Source: an uncultured Gemmatimonadales bacterium
GTDB lineage: Bacteria; Gemmatimonadota; Gemmatimonadetes; Palauibacterales; Palauibacteraceae
Length of the DNA: 64,000 nucleotides
Assembly (NCBI GenBank): GCA_963783385.1
Contig: CAWANJ010000001.1
Span: forward strand, 64,001 to 128,000
Direction of reading: 5' to 3'
Part shown: positions 18,444-27,644 of the stretch, one piece after another
How positions within the stretch are numbered: position 1 is the first letter of the stretch
How the letters are laid out: each line of letters begins with the position of its first letter
Position numbers and translations under genes: made by a program
Notes under the pieces: model-generated
Databases searched by the model: none
Told to the model about the DNA's origin: nothing
The model's input: the letters and a program-made list of their open reading frames with translations, nothing else

Positions 18444-19133
18444 TTGGAGAGCCACATCTCACGCGAGCCGGTGCGGGACGCCGTGCGCCGGGTTCTGCTG
18501 GAACGACTCCTGGCTCGCGAGCTGGCACCGGGCGAGCGTCTCAACGAGTCGCGGCTGGCGAGCGAGTTCGGTATCAGCCGAACTCCGCTGCGGGAGGCCC
18601 TCCTCCAGCTGGCGTCGGACGGCCTGGTCGAGAGCCGTCCGGGCCGCGGCTTCTTCGTGGCCGGCATGGAGCCGGCGACGGCCCACGACCTGTACGTGCT
18701 CGTCGGCGAGCTCGAGGCGCTCGGCCTCCAGCGCACCGGTCGACCGGACGAGGACACCCTGGAGACCCTCCGGGACCTCGACGCGCGGCGGGCGCGGCGG
18801 CCCGAGGACTACGACGGCGCCCACGCCGTCGACCTGGACATGCAGTGGCACCACGAGCTCCTGGCCGGTTGCCCCAATCGGCCGCTCCTCGACCTGCTGG
18901 AGGTGTGCCGGCGACGCCTGTACCGTTACGTGTACGTCCACGCCGCCGACTTCGGGCTCGTGGGCACGACCGGGCTCGAACAGCACGGGCGCATCCTCCG
19001 TGCGCTGGAGACGGGGCTCGTCGACGAAGCCACCGGCCTGCTCAGGCAGCACTGGCGGTACGCGGCCGACGTGATCCTCCGGCGGCTCGAGGATGCCGAC
19101 CTGTCCCCCGTCCGAAACGGTGACCGGTCCTGA
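18444..19133 (+). CDS. GntR family transcriptional regulator (FCD domain)
   Basis: PGERLNE..LA..FGISRTPLREAL wHTH; WHHEL and EQH..I in the FCD domain. Start TTG 18444 (GGAGG RBS) or ATG 18381. Confidence 0.9.
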   Translation: MESHISREPVRDAVRRVLLERLLARELAPGERLNESRLASEFGISRTPLREALLQLASDGLVESRPGRGFFVAGMEPATAHDLYVLVGELEALGLQRTGRPDEDTLETLRDLDARRARRPEDYDGAHAVDLDMQWHHELLAGCPNRPLLDLLEVCRRRLYRYVYVHAADFGLVGTTGLEQHGRILRALETGLVDEATGLLRQHWRYAADVILRRLEDADLSPVRNGDRS

Positions 19134-19149
19134 CCGCCGGGACGACCGC

Positions 19150-20046
19150 TCAGTCGGGGCCGGGCTGCGGCACCGGATGGCCCGCCTCCGCCAGCAGGCG
19201 CTCGCTGACCTCCCACAGCCGTGAGGCGAGATCCCGATCGTAGGCCGCCGCCGCCGCCCGGGCGGGTTTCTCCCCCATCACGTACAGCTCCCGCACCCTC
19301 GCCAGCTCCGGATCGATCACCAGTCGCTCGACCCGCTCGCCGCCCCTGTCGGGCGATCCCATGAACGGCTTGGCGAGGCGCGCCACGAGGCTGGCGAAGT
19401 CCCGGTTCCCGTTCCAGATCCGCGTGGCCAGCATGCCGGGATGGAGGGCGAAGACGCCCACGCCCGGATCGGAGAGGCGCCGCCCGAGCTCGAACGCGAA
19501 CAGCACGTTGGCCAGCTTGGAGTCGGCGTAGGCCTGCCAGCCCGAATAGCCGTCCGTTCCGCGGAGGATCTCATCGAGGGGACGCCGCTGCAGCCGGCCG
19601 GCCCGGTGCGCCTCCGAGCTCACCACGACCACGCGGCCCTCGGCGGCCCGCACGCGGTCCAGGAGGAGGCTCACGAGCTGGAAGTGACCCAGGTGAGTCA
19701 CGGCGAGCGTGCGCTCGACCCCGATCCCGGTGCGTTCCAGCGCCGCCCGGTACACGCCGGCGTTGGCCACGAGAGCGTCGAGGCCCTGGAGCCGGTCACT
19801 CACCTCGCCGGCCGCGCGTCGCACCTGGTCCGGCTTCTCCAGGTCCGCCAGCACCAGGGTCGGCTCCGGGCCGCGGGCCCGCCGGGCCACCGCGCGGCAT
19901 GCGGCCTCCCCCCGCTCCGGATCCCGGCACAGCATCAGGACGTGCCACCCGCGCCCGGCCAGGCGCTCTGAGGCGGCGCGTCCCACGCCCGAGTTGGCAC
20001 CGGTGACGAGCACGGTGCGCACACGGTCCCGGTCCAACATCGCCAT
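19150..20046 (-). CDS. Short-chain dehydrogenase/reductase (retinol-DH/WWOX-like)
   Basis: TGANSGVG, NAG, VSSEAH, catalytic YADSK and HPG. Confidence 0.9.
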   Translation of the reverse strand: MAMLDRDRVRTVLVTGANSGVGRAASERLAGRGWHVLMLCRDPERGEAACRAVARRARGPEPTLVLADLEKPDQVRRAAGEVSDRLQGLDALVANAGVYRAALERTGIGVERTLAVTHLGHFQLVSLLLDRVRAAEGRVVVVSSEAHRAGRLQRRPLDEILRGTDGYSGWQAYADSKLANVLFAFELGRRLSDPGVGVFALHPGMLATRIWNGNRDFASLVARLAKPFMGSPDRGGERVERLVIDPELARVRELYVMGEKPARAAAAAYDRDLASRLWEVSERLLAEAGHPVPQPGPD

Positions 20047-20376
20047 GGCCTTCCCTTCCGTGCGGGTCGAGGTCCCCGGGATCCGCGGATCTCGGGCCCG
20101 GGGCCGTGACGCTCGTCTTCCCGGGCACCCGGGGGTACATCGATGCCTCCACTCGGAGGCATCGCCGCCACACCTGCCTGCAGGTCTCGTACGAGGGACG
20201 CGACGTCGCGGCCTCCATCGCGCACGGCGGCATGGAGCGGGTCGGGCGCTGACCCCGCCGCCGGGCCTTGCCCGGGCACCGGCCGCGCCGCTACTAAGAG
20301 GCCCGACGGAACGTCGCACTGCGGGGCGGTCCCGCGTCGCCCCGACCGGCCCAGGGATCCCTCAAGGAGATGCACT

Positions 20377-22533
20377 ATGCGCCTCATCGCCGTCATCGCC
20401 TCCGCCCTCACGCTGACGGCTGCTCCGGCCCACGCTCGGACCACGCTCCCCGCCGCGAGACCGGGGGCCGTCATGAGGACGGCCGCCCGCGGAGCGGAGG
20501 GGCTACGCAGGGCCCCGGCGGCCGCCGACACCACGCGCTTCGGCTACCTGGATGTGTTCGACCTGGAGTGGGCCGGGGACCCGCAGATCTCGCCGGACGG
20601 GTCCCGGGTGGCGTTCGTGCGCACGGGCTTCGACATCATGAAGGACCGGGAGCGCGCGAGCCTGTGGGTCGTGAACGCCGATGGCACCGGTCTCCGAGCC
20701 CTCACGGACGGCTCGCGGCACGCCTCGTCGCCGACCTGGTCGCCGGACGGGTCGCGCCTGGCCTACGTGGCCCACGGGGAGGAGGGCGCCGAGATCCGCG
20801 TCCGGTGGCTGGACACGGGCCAGGAGGCCGTGCTGGCGCGGCTCCAGCACGGGCCGCGGGGCCTCGCCTGGTCGCCCGACGGCACCCGCCTGGCCTTCGC
20901 CACTTTCGTCCCCGGCGAGCCGCCGCCCGCCATCGCGCACATGCCGCCCAAGCCCGAGGGGGCGGACTGGGGTCCACCCATCCACGTGGTCGACCGGGTC
21001 ACCTGGCGTCTCAACGGCCAGGGGCTCCTGCCACGCGGTCACACCCACGTGTTCGTGCTGACCGCCGAGGGCGGCACGCCCATGCAGGTCACCCTGGGCC
21101 CCTACGACGACGGCGCCCCCGCATGGTCGCCGGACGGAAAGACGCTGTACTTCTCGGGAGACCGGCACGCGGACGCGGACTACGACCCGTCGAACTCCGA
21201 GGTGTACGCCGTGCCGGCGGCCGGTGGGCCGGTGCGGGCGCTCACCGACCGGCACGGTCCCGACGGGAGTCCGGCCGTGTCACCCGACGGCTCGAAGGTC
21301 GCCTACGTCGGCTACGACGAGCACTACCAGGGCTACCAGGTCCGCCGCCTGTACGTCATGAGCTCGGACGGCAGCGGCTCGCGTGTCCTGACCGGTGACT
21401 TCGACCGCAGTGTCGGGAGTCCCACCTGGGCCGCCGACGGCAGCGGGCTGTTCGTCCAGTTCGACGACCACGGCGACACGAAGGTGGGCTTCGTCGGCCT
21501 GGATGGGAAGGTGAGCGTCCTGGCGGACCACGTCGGAGGACTCTCCATCGGTCGGCCCTATCCGGGCGGCAGCTTCAGCGTCTCGGCTTCGACGGGCCGG
21601 TTCGCGTTCACCCAGACGCTGTACGACCACCCCGCCGACGTGGCGGTCGGGAGCCGCAAGGGCGGGCCCGCCTCCGCGCGCCGGGTGACCCGTCTGAACG
21701 ACGATCTCCTCGCCCACCGCGCCCTGGCCACCGGCGAGGAGATCACCTTCGAGTCCTCCTACGACGGCAAGGAGATCCAGGGATGGATCCTCAAGCCGCC
21801 CGGCTTCGACGCCGCCCGCAAGTACCCGCTCATCCTGGAGATCCACGGCGGTCCCTACCTGAACTACGGGGACCGCTTCGCGGCCGAGGACCAGCTTTAC
21901 GCCGCGCACGGCTACGTGGTGCTGTACGTGAACCCGCGCGGCTCGACCAGCTACGGTCAGTCGTTCGGCAACGCCATCCACCTGGACTATCCGGACCACG
22001 ATTACGACGATCTCATGTCGGGCGTGGACGCGGTGACCCGAAAGGGCTACGTGAGCGCCGACAGCCTGTACGTCACCGGCGGGTCGGGCGGCGGCGTCCT
22101 CACGGCGTGGACGGTGGGGCACACGACCCGCTTCCGGGCCGCGGTCGTGGCCAAGCCGGTGATCAACTGGTACAGCTGGGTGCTGACCGCGGACATGTCG
22201 CTGTTCGGGCTGAAGTACTGGTTCTCGGGATATCCCTGGGACAACCTGCAGAACTACATGGAGCACTCCCCCATCACCTACGCCGGCCACGTGAAGACCC
22301 CGACCATGATCATGACCGGCGGTCAGGACCTGCGGACGCCCGATGGCGAGGCGGAGCAGTTCTACCAGGCGCTCAAGCTGCAGAAGGTCCCCTCGGTCAT
22401 GGTGCGCATCCCGGACGCCTCCCACGAGATCGCCGGCAAGCCCAGCAACATGATCGCCAAGACGGCCTACATCCTGGGCTGGTTCGAGCGCTACCGGGAT
22501 GGGTCGGCCAGCGAGGCGAACGGAGGCCAATGA
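20377..22533 (+). CDS. Secreted S9 family peptidase (acylaminoacyl/dipeptidyl peptidase)
   Basis: Signal peptide, PD40 repeats, IHGGP, nucleophile GGSGGG, Asp (DLRT) and His (SHEI). Confidence 0.93.
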   Translation: MRLIAVIASALTLTAAPAHARTTLPAARPGAVMRTAARGAEGLRRAPAAADTTRFGYLDVFDLEWAGDPQISPDGSRVAFVRTGFDIMKDRERASLWVVNADGTGLRALTDGSRHASSPTWSPDGSRLAYVAHGEEGAEIRVRWLDTGQEAVLARLQHGPRGLAWSPDGTRLAFATFVPGEPPPAIAHMPPKPEGADWGPPIHVVDRVTWRLNGQGLLPRGHTHVFVLTAEGGTPMQVTLGPYDDGAPAWSPDGKTLYFSGDRHADADYDPSNSEVYAVPAAGGPVRALTDRHGPDGSPAVSPDGSKVAYVGYDEHYQGYQVRRLYVMSSDGSGSRVLTGDFDRSVGSPTWAADGSGLFVQFDDHGDTKVGFVGLDGKVSVLADHVGGLSIGRPYPGGSFSVSASTGRFAFTQTLYDHPADVAVGSRKGGPASARRVTRLNDDLLAHRALATGEEITFESSYDGKEIQGWILKPPGFDAARKYPLILEIHGGPYLNYGDRFAAEDQLYAAHGYVVLYVNPRGSTSYGQSFGNAIHLDYPDHDYDDLMSGVDAVTRKGYVSADSLYVTGGSGGGVLTAWTVGHTTRFRAAVVAKPVINWYSWVLTADMSLFGLKYWFSGYPWDNLQNYMEHSPITYAGHVKTPTMIMTGGQDLRTPDGEAEQFYQALKLQKVPSVMVRIPDASHEIAGKPSNMIAKTAYILGWFERYRDGSASEANGGQ

Positions 22534-23876
22534 GCGAGATCGTCACCGTCGTCGGGGGCGGGCTGGCCGGGCCCGAGGCCGCCTGGGGCCTGGCCGAGCG
22601 CGGACACGCCGTCCGGCTGGTGGAGATGCGTCCCGGCGCCTCCACCCCCGCCCACCGCACCGGGCTCCTGGGCGAGCTCGTGTGCTCGAACTCCTTCAAG
22701 AGCGAGGATCCGGCCAACGCGCACGGGGAGCTGAAGCGGGAGATGGAGGAGCTCGGCTCCCTGTTCCTGGCCTGCGCCGAACGGGCCCGGGTGCCGGCCG
22801 GCTCGGCGCTGGCGGTGGACCGGGAGCTGTTCGCGCGTGCAATGTCCGGGGCGGTCGCCGAGCATCCCCGCATTGAGAGGGTCCGGGAGGAGCAGCGTGC
22901 TCTGCCGGAGGGCCCGGCGATCGTGGCCACGGGCCCGCTCACCTCGGATGCGCTCTCGGCGGCGATCCGAGCGCGGCTCGGGGACGAGGGGCTCGCCTTC
23001 TTCGACGCGCTCGCGCCCATCGTGGCGCGCGACTCACTGGACGAGTCGATCGTGTTCGCGGCAGGTCGCTACGGCGAGTCGGACGACTACCTCAACTGTC
23101 CCATGGGGCCGGAGGAGTACGAGCGCTTCATCGACGCGCTCCTGGTTGCGGATGTCTACCCGGGCCACGACTGGGAGAACGTGCCCTACTTCGAGGGCTG
23201 CCTCCCGATCGAGGTGATGGCGTCGCGCGGCCGGGAGACGCTCCGCTTCGGCCCCATGAAGCCGATCGGGCTCGCCGATCCCCGCACCGGGAACCGGCCG
23301 CACGCGGTGGTCCAGCTCCGCCGGGAGGACCGGGAGGGGCGCATGTGGAACATGGTCGGCTTCCAGACCCGACTCCGGCACGGGGAGCAGGACCGGGTGT
23401 TCCGGCTCATCCCCGGCCTGGCCGAGGCGGAATTCCTGCGACGCGGCGGGATCCACCGCAACAGCTACCTGAACTTCCCGGGCTGCCTCACGCCCTGGGG
23501 GTCACCGCCCGATCGGCCCGACCTCGTGTTCGCTGGCCAGCTCACCGGGGTGGAGGGCTACGTCGAGTCGGCCGCCAGCGGCCTCCTGGCCGCCGTGACC
23601 ATGGACCGCGTGCTGCGCGGCCTCGAACCCGCGCTCCCGCCGGGCACGACGATGCTCGGCGCGCTCATGCGCTACCTGCGCGAGGCCAAGCCCGGCCGGT
23701 TCCAGCCCATGAACTCGAACTGGGGCCTGGTGGACGCCCTCCCCGAGCGCATCCGGGACCGGAGGGAGAAGCGGCGACGGCTGTCGGAGCGGGCGATCGA
23801 GGACCTCCGCGCGTGGATGGCAGCGCACGGAGTCGAGGCGATCGAGGCCCGGGCGCCGGCCGCGACGAGCCAATGA
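22530..23876 (+). CDS. trmFO: Folate/FAD-dependent tRNA (uracil-5-)-methyltransferase TrmFO
   Basis: VGGGLAGPEAA, ELVCSNS, FEGCLPIE, FGPMKP.GL, HRN.Y and AGQLTGVEGYVESAASG. ATGA overlap with the upstream gene. Confidence 0.95.
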   Translation: MSEIVTVVGGGLAGPEAAWGLAERGHAVRLVEMRPGASTPAHRTGLLGELVCSNSFKSEDPANAHGELKREMEELGSLFLACAERARVPAGSALAVDRELFARAMSGAVAEHPRIERVREEQRALPEGPAIVATGPLTSDALSAAIRARLGDEGLAFFDALAPIVARDSLDESIVFAAGRYGESDDYLNCPMGPEEYERFIDALLVADVYPGHDWENVPYFEGCLPIEVMASRGRETLRFGPMKPIGLADPRTGNRPHAVVQLRREDREGRMWNMVGFQTRLRHGEQDRVFRLIPGLAEAEFLRRGGIHRNSYLNFPGCLTPWGSPPDRPDLVFAGQLTGVEGYVESAASGLLAAVTMDRVLRGLEPALPPGTTMLGALMRYLREAKPGRFQPMNSNWGLVDALPERIRDRREKRRRLSERAIEDLRAWMAAHGVEAIEARAPAATSQ

Positions 23877-24529
23877 TCCGGTCGGGCGAGGCGGGAGAGT
23901 CTCCGGCGGGCCAAGGCGGGGCGCCCTCGGCCGACGAGGCCACGCCGCCCCGCCTGGTGCTCGCCTCCGGTTCTCCGCGGCGAGCGGAGATCCTGCGCAG
24001 GCTGGGGCTGACGTTCGAGGTCCGACCGACCGGCGTGGACGAGACCTTGCTGCCGGGTGAGTCGGCACGCTCGGCGGCCGAGCGACTGGCGGGCCTCAAG
24101 GCGGCCGCGGCGGTCCGGCCCGGGGCCCTCGTGCTGGCCTGCGACACGGTGGTATCGCTGGACGAGGCGGTCCTCGAGAAGCCGGGCTCCTCGGAGCAGT
24201 CGATCGCGATGCTGGGACGCCTCTCGGGCCGCGAGCACCTTGTATACACCGGGATCGCCCTGGCCACGCCCCGACGCACGGAGACGGCGGTGGAGGCCAC
24301 GCGGGTCCGCTTCCGGGACCTGGGCGAGCGGGAGCGCCAGGAGTACGCGGCCACCGGCGAGCCGTTCGACAAGGCGGGGGGCTACGGCATCCAGGGCCTG
24401 GGCGCGGCGCTCGTCGAAGGGATCGAGGGCGACTTCTTCAACGTCATGGGTCTGCCGGTGCAGCGGCTGCTGGAGCTCCTGGAACGCTTCGGCTGGAGGT
24501 ACGCCTTCGGGAGCCTGCGGCCCCGCTGA
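23873..24529 (+). CDS. maf: Maf family nucleoside triphosphate pyrophosphatase
   Basis: LVLASGSPRR, CDTVV, LEKP, DKAGGYGIQG and NVMGLP. Confidence 0.93.
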   Translation: MIRSGEAGESPAGQGGAPSADEATPPRLVLASGSPRRAEILRRLGLTFEVRPTGVDETLLPGESARSAAERLAGLKAAAAVRPGALVLACDTVVSLDEAVLEKPGSSEQSIAMLGRLSGREHLVYTGIALATPRRTETAVEATRVRFRDLGERERQEYAATGEPFDKAGGYGIQGLGAALVEGIEGDFFNVMGLPVQRLLELLERFGWRYAFGSLRPR

Positions 24530-24668
24530 CCGACCCAATGGACCCCCGCGGCACGGTTCTCGTATGGGACACGGCGGGTCCCGCCCGGGGTACAGGGCGC
24601 GGCCCGTGAGAGCCACGACCGGCGGACGGAGGGCCCCCGCCGAAACGAACCCCCGGATTCGAGGCTGG

Positions 24669-25679
24669 ATGACAGACGAGCTGCTGGACCTGGCGGTGAT
24701 CGGTGCCGGACCCTGCGGGTTGGCCGTGGGCGCGGCGGCGCGGGAGGCAGGGATGCGATGCGTGCTGTTCGACCGCGGTCCGCTGACGGCGACCATCGTG
24801 CGGGAGTACCCCCCCTACGTGAGCTTCTTCAGCACCGCCGACAAGTTGGAGATCGGCGGCCTGCCCTTCCCGATCGAGCGAGGCAAGCCCACGCGGGAGG
24901 AGGCGCTGGTCTACTATCGCCGGGCCGCCGAGTTCTTCGATCTGGACGTGCGCCAGTTCGAGGAGGTCCTGGCCGTCGAGGGCACGGAGGGAGACTTCCG
25001 CCTCCTGAGCCGACGTGCCGCCGGGGAGGAGCGCTCCACCCGAACGCGCGCCGTCGTCGTGGCCACCGGGAGCTTCGACGCCCCCAACCCCCTGGGCGTG
25101 CCCGGAGAGGAGCTCCCCAAGGTCAGGCACCGCTACGACGAGCCCCACCCCTACTGGCGGCAGGACGTCGTCACGGTGGGGGGCGGGAACTCCGCGGTCG
25201 AATCGGCGCTCGAGCTGTGGCGCGCCGGCGCCCGGGTGACCTTCGTGCACTTCGCCCACGAGCTCGACAGGGGCGTCAAGCCCTGGGTCCTGCCGGACAT
25301 CCGCAACCGGTTCGAGAAGGGCCAGATCCCCGTGCGCTGGGGTACCCGGGTCGAGCGCATCACCCCCGCCACGGTCGTCCTGCGCGACGTGGAGACGGGG
25401 GCCACCGACGTGATCGCCAACGACTGGGTGCTCGCCATGACCGGCTGGCACGCCGAGCCCCGGATCCTCCGGGACCTGGGGGTGCCCGTCGACGCGGACT
25501 CGGGGGTGCCGGAGCACGACCCCGACACGCTCGAGACCCCGGTCGCCGGCGTGTACATCGCGGGCGTGCTCACGGCCGGCAACGACGCCAACCGCATCTT
25601 CATCGAGAACGGCCGGCACCACGGCCGGTGCATCGTGGACTCAGTGCAGGACACCGGAATCCGGCTCGCCGGCTCCTGA
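24669..25679 (+). CDS. ypdA: YpdA family putative bacillithiol disulfide reductase
   Basis: IGAGPCGL, FFSTADKLEIGG, KPTREEALVYY, GGGNSA, VKPWV.PD and FIENGR.H. Confidence 0.88.
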   Translation: MTDELLDLAVIGAGPCGLAVGAAAREAGMRCVLFDRGPLTATIVREYPPYVSFFSTADKLEIGGLPFPIERGKPTREEALVYYRRAAEFFDLDVRQFEEVLAVEGTEGDFRLLSRRAAGEERSTRTRAVVVATGSFDAPNPLGVPGEELPKVRHRYDEPHPYWRQDVVTVGGGNSAVESALELWRAGARVTFVHFAHELDRGVKPWVLPDIRNRFEKGQIPVRWGTRVERITPATVVLRDVETGATDVIANDWVLAMTGWHAEPRILRDLGVPVDADSGVPEHDPDTLETPVAGVYIAGVLTAGNDANRIFIENGRHHGRCIVDSVQDTGIRLAGS

Positions 25680-25732
25680 GGGGCGCGCGCGGCGCCCCGG
25701 AGCCGACGAGCGGCGGTGGGTGAACCGGGCGC

Positions 25733-26050
25733 CTAGCCCTCCGCCGGGGCCGCGGCCGAAGACCCGTCCAGCCGGTTCGCCAGCGCCGCCTGGTCCTCGG
25801 CCGCCCGCTCCCGAAGTCGAGCCAGGAACGGGTTAAGGGCCTGCAGGATGCGGGACGCGTCGGCGGGCTGGAGGTCCGAGACGGCCACGTGCGTTCGAAA
25901 CGTGACCGGCCCGTCCGCTGGACCGATGATCGTGTACATGCTCGGGCTCCCGTATCGACTCACTCGCAGACCCACCGTCTTTCCGGGGATGTTTCCCCGG
26001 AGAGACGACTCCGCGCCGACCCGCGTCACCGTCGTCGCGCCACTGGCCAT
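25733..26050 (-). CDS. Small hypothetical protein
   Basis: Fills the gap between ypdA and mgtE, GAGGGG upstream of ATG 26050, C-terminal helix. No recognisable family. Confidence 0.45.
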   Translation of the reverse strand: MASGATTVTRVGAESSLRGNIPGKTVGLRVSRYGSPSMYTIIGPADGPVTFRTHVAVSDLQPADASRILQALNPFLARLRERAAEDQAALANRLDGSSAAAPAEG

Positions 26051-26249
26051 GCCGGGCACGCCCCTCTTCGGAGGCCAACCTCCCCGGTCTCCCGGGTGTT
26101 CCGGCTGCATCATCGGTATTGCATGATCGAGGCCGGACGAACGACGCCCAATGCGTCCTCACCTTTCCTCCCATGGCAGGGCCATCGATCTTCCGTGGTC
26201 GAGCCCGAGGCGCGGACGCTGACACTTCGAGGACGGCCGGGAGGCACCC

Positions 26250-27587
26250 ATGATCGGCACGCAGATCCCGACCCCCGACACCGAGCGTGGCGAGGCGATC
26301 GAGCTGTGGGAGGCCTGGCCCGCGCTGGACGCCGAACAGCGCGTCGCGGCCTTCCGTCGACTGCCCCGGGCGGTGGCCGACGACTTCTTCCTTTCGCTGG
26401 ATCCACGGGAGCAGGCCGAGCTGGTGACGGGCCTCCCGGCCGGCGAGCGCATGGTGTGGATGCGGCTACTGCCACCGGACGACGCGGCCGACCTGGTGCA
26501 GGAGGCCCCGCCCCAGACGGCTCAGGGACTCCTCGGCCTGCTCGACCCGACGACCGGCCGCGAGGTCACGGCCCTGCTGGCCTACGGGGAGGACGTGGCC
26601 GGGGGTCTCATGAGCCCCCGGTTCGCCCGCGTCCGGCCGGACATGACCGTGGGCGAGGCCTTCGCCTACCTGCGGCGGCAGGCGCCCCAGCTGGAGACGA
26701 TCTACTACATCTACGTCCTGGACTCGGCGCAGCGCCTCCTCGGCGTGCTCTCCTTCCGGGACCTGTTCGAGTCGCCCACCGACCGGCGGGTCGACGAGAT
26801 CATGCAGCGCGACGTCGTGGCCGTGCCCGAGACGATGGACCAGGAGGACGTGGCGCACCTGTACCGCGAGCACGACCTCCTCGCCCTCCCCGTCGTCAGC
26901 GAGGAGGGGACGCTCAAGGGCATCGTGACCTTCGACGACATCGCCAATGCCATCCGCGAGGAGCAAACGGAGGACATCCAGCGAATCGGCGGCTCGGAGG
27001 CCCTGGACACCCCCTACATGGCGACGCCCTTCTTCCGCATGGTACGCAAGCGGGCGGGCTGGCTGTCGGCGCTGTTCATCGGCGAGATGCTGACGGCCAC
27101 CGCCATGGGGCACTTCGAGGGGGAGATCGCCCAGGCCGTGGTACTGGCGCTGTTCGTGCCCCTCATCATCTCGAGCGGCGGCAACTCGGGCTCGCAGGCC
27201 ACCACCCTCGTGATCCGAGCCCTGGCACTGGGCGAGGTGAGGCTACGCGACTGGTGGCGGGTGGCGTGGCGCGAGCTGCGCTCGGGCTTCACGCTGGGCT
27301 CGATCCTGGGAACGATCGGGATCCTGCGGATCCTGGCGTGGCAGGTCGGCGGTCTCTACGACTACGGTCCCCACTACTCGCTCGTCGCCCTCACGGTGGG
27401 ACTGGCCCTGGTGGGTGTGGTGACCTGGGGCACGATGGCCGGGTCGATGCTGCCCTTCGTGCTCCGCCGGCTGGGCTTCGACCCGGCCAGCGCGTCGGCG
27501 CCCTTCGTGGCCACCCTCGTCGACGTGACCGGCCTGGTGATCTACTTCACCGTGGCCAGCCTCATCCTCCTGCACGTGGGCGTCTGA
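26250..27587 (+). CDS. mgtE: Magnesium transporter MgtE
   Basis: AGGLM plus CBS pair, GGNSGSQ and DPA.AS.PFVATLVDVTG. GGAGG RBS. Confidence 0.95.
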   Translation: MIGTQIPTPDTERGEAIELWEAWPALDAEQRVAAFRRLPRAVADDFFLSLDPREQAELVTGLPAGERMVWMRLLPPDDAADLVQEAPPQTAQGLLGLLDPTTGREVTALLAYGEDVAGGLMSPRFARVRPDMTVGEAFAYLRRQAPQLETIYYIYVLDSAQRLLGVLSFRDLFESPTDRRVDEIMQRDVVAVPETMDQEDVAHLYREHDLLALPVVSEEGTLKGIVTFDDIANAIREEQTEDIQRIGGSEALDTPYMATPFFRMVRKRAGWLSALFIGEMLTATAMGHFEGEIAQAVVLALFVPLIISSGGNSGSQATTLVIRALALGEVRLRDWWRVAWRELRSGFTLGSILGTIGILRILAWQVGGLYDYGPHYSLVALTVGLALVGVVTWGTMAGSMLPFVLRRLGFDPASASAPFVATLVDVTGLVIYFTVASLILLHVGV

Positions 27588-27644
27588 GAGCGGCGGGCGC
27601 GCCCCGCGCCCGCGAGACGGCCCCTCCGGAGCTCCGCGTGGCCC

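Noticed and set aside
20273-20290. GGGCACC-N4-GCGC as a sigma54 promoter for the S9-trmFO-maf operon
   Set aside because: The -12 element lacks TT, and GG-N10-GC alone is too frequent at this GC content.
26110-26249. Possible M-box riboswitch upstream of mgtE
   Set aside because: GACGCCCAATG is on the + strand but AGGTGAGG is on the opposite strand, so the conserved elements are not colinear.
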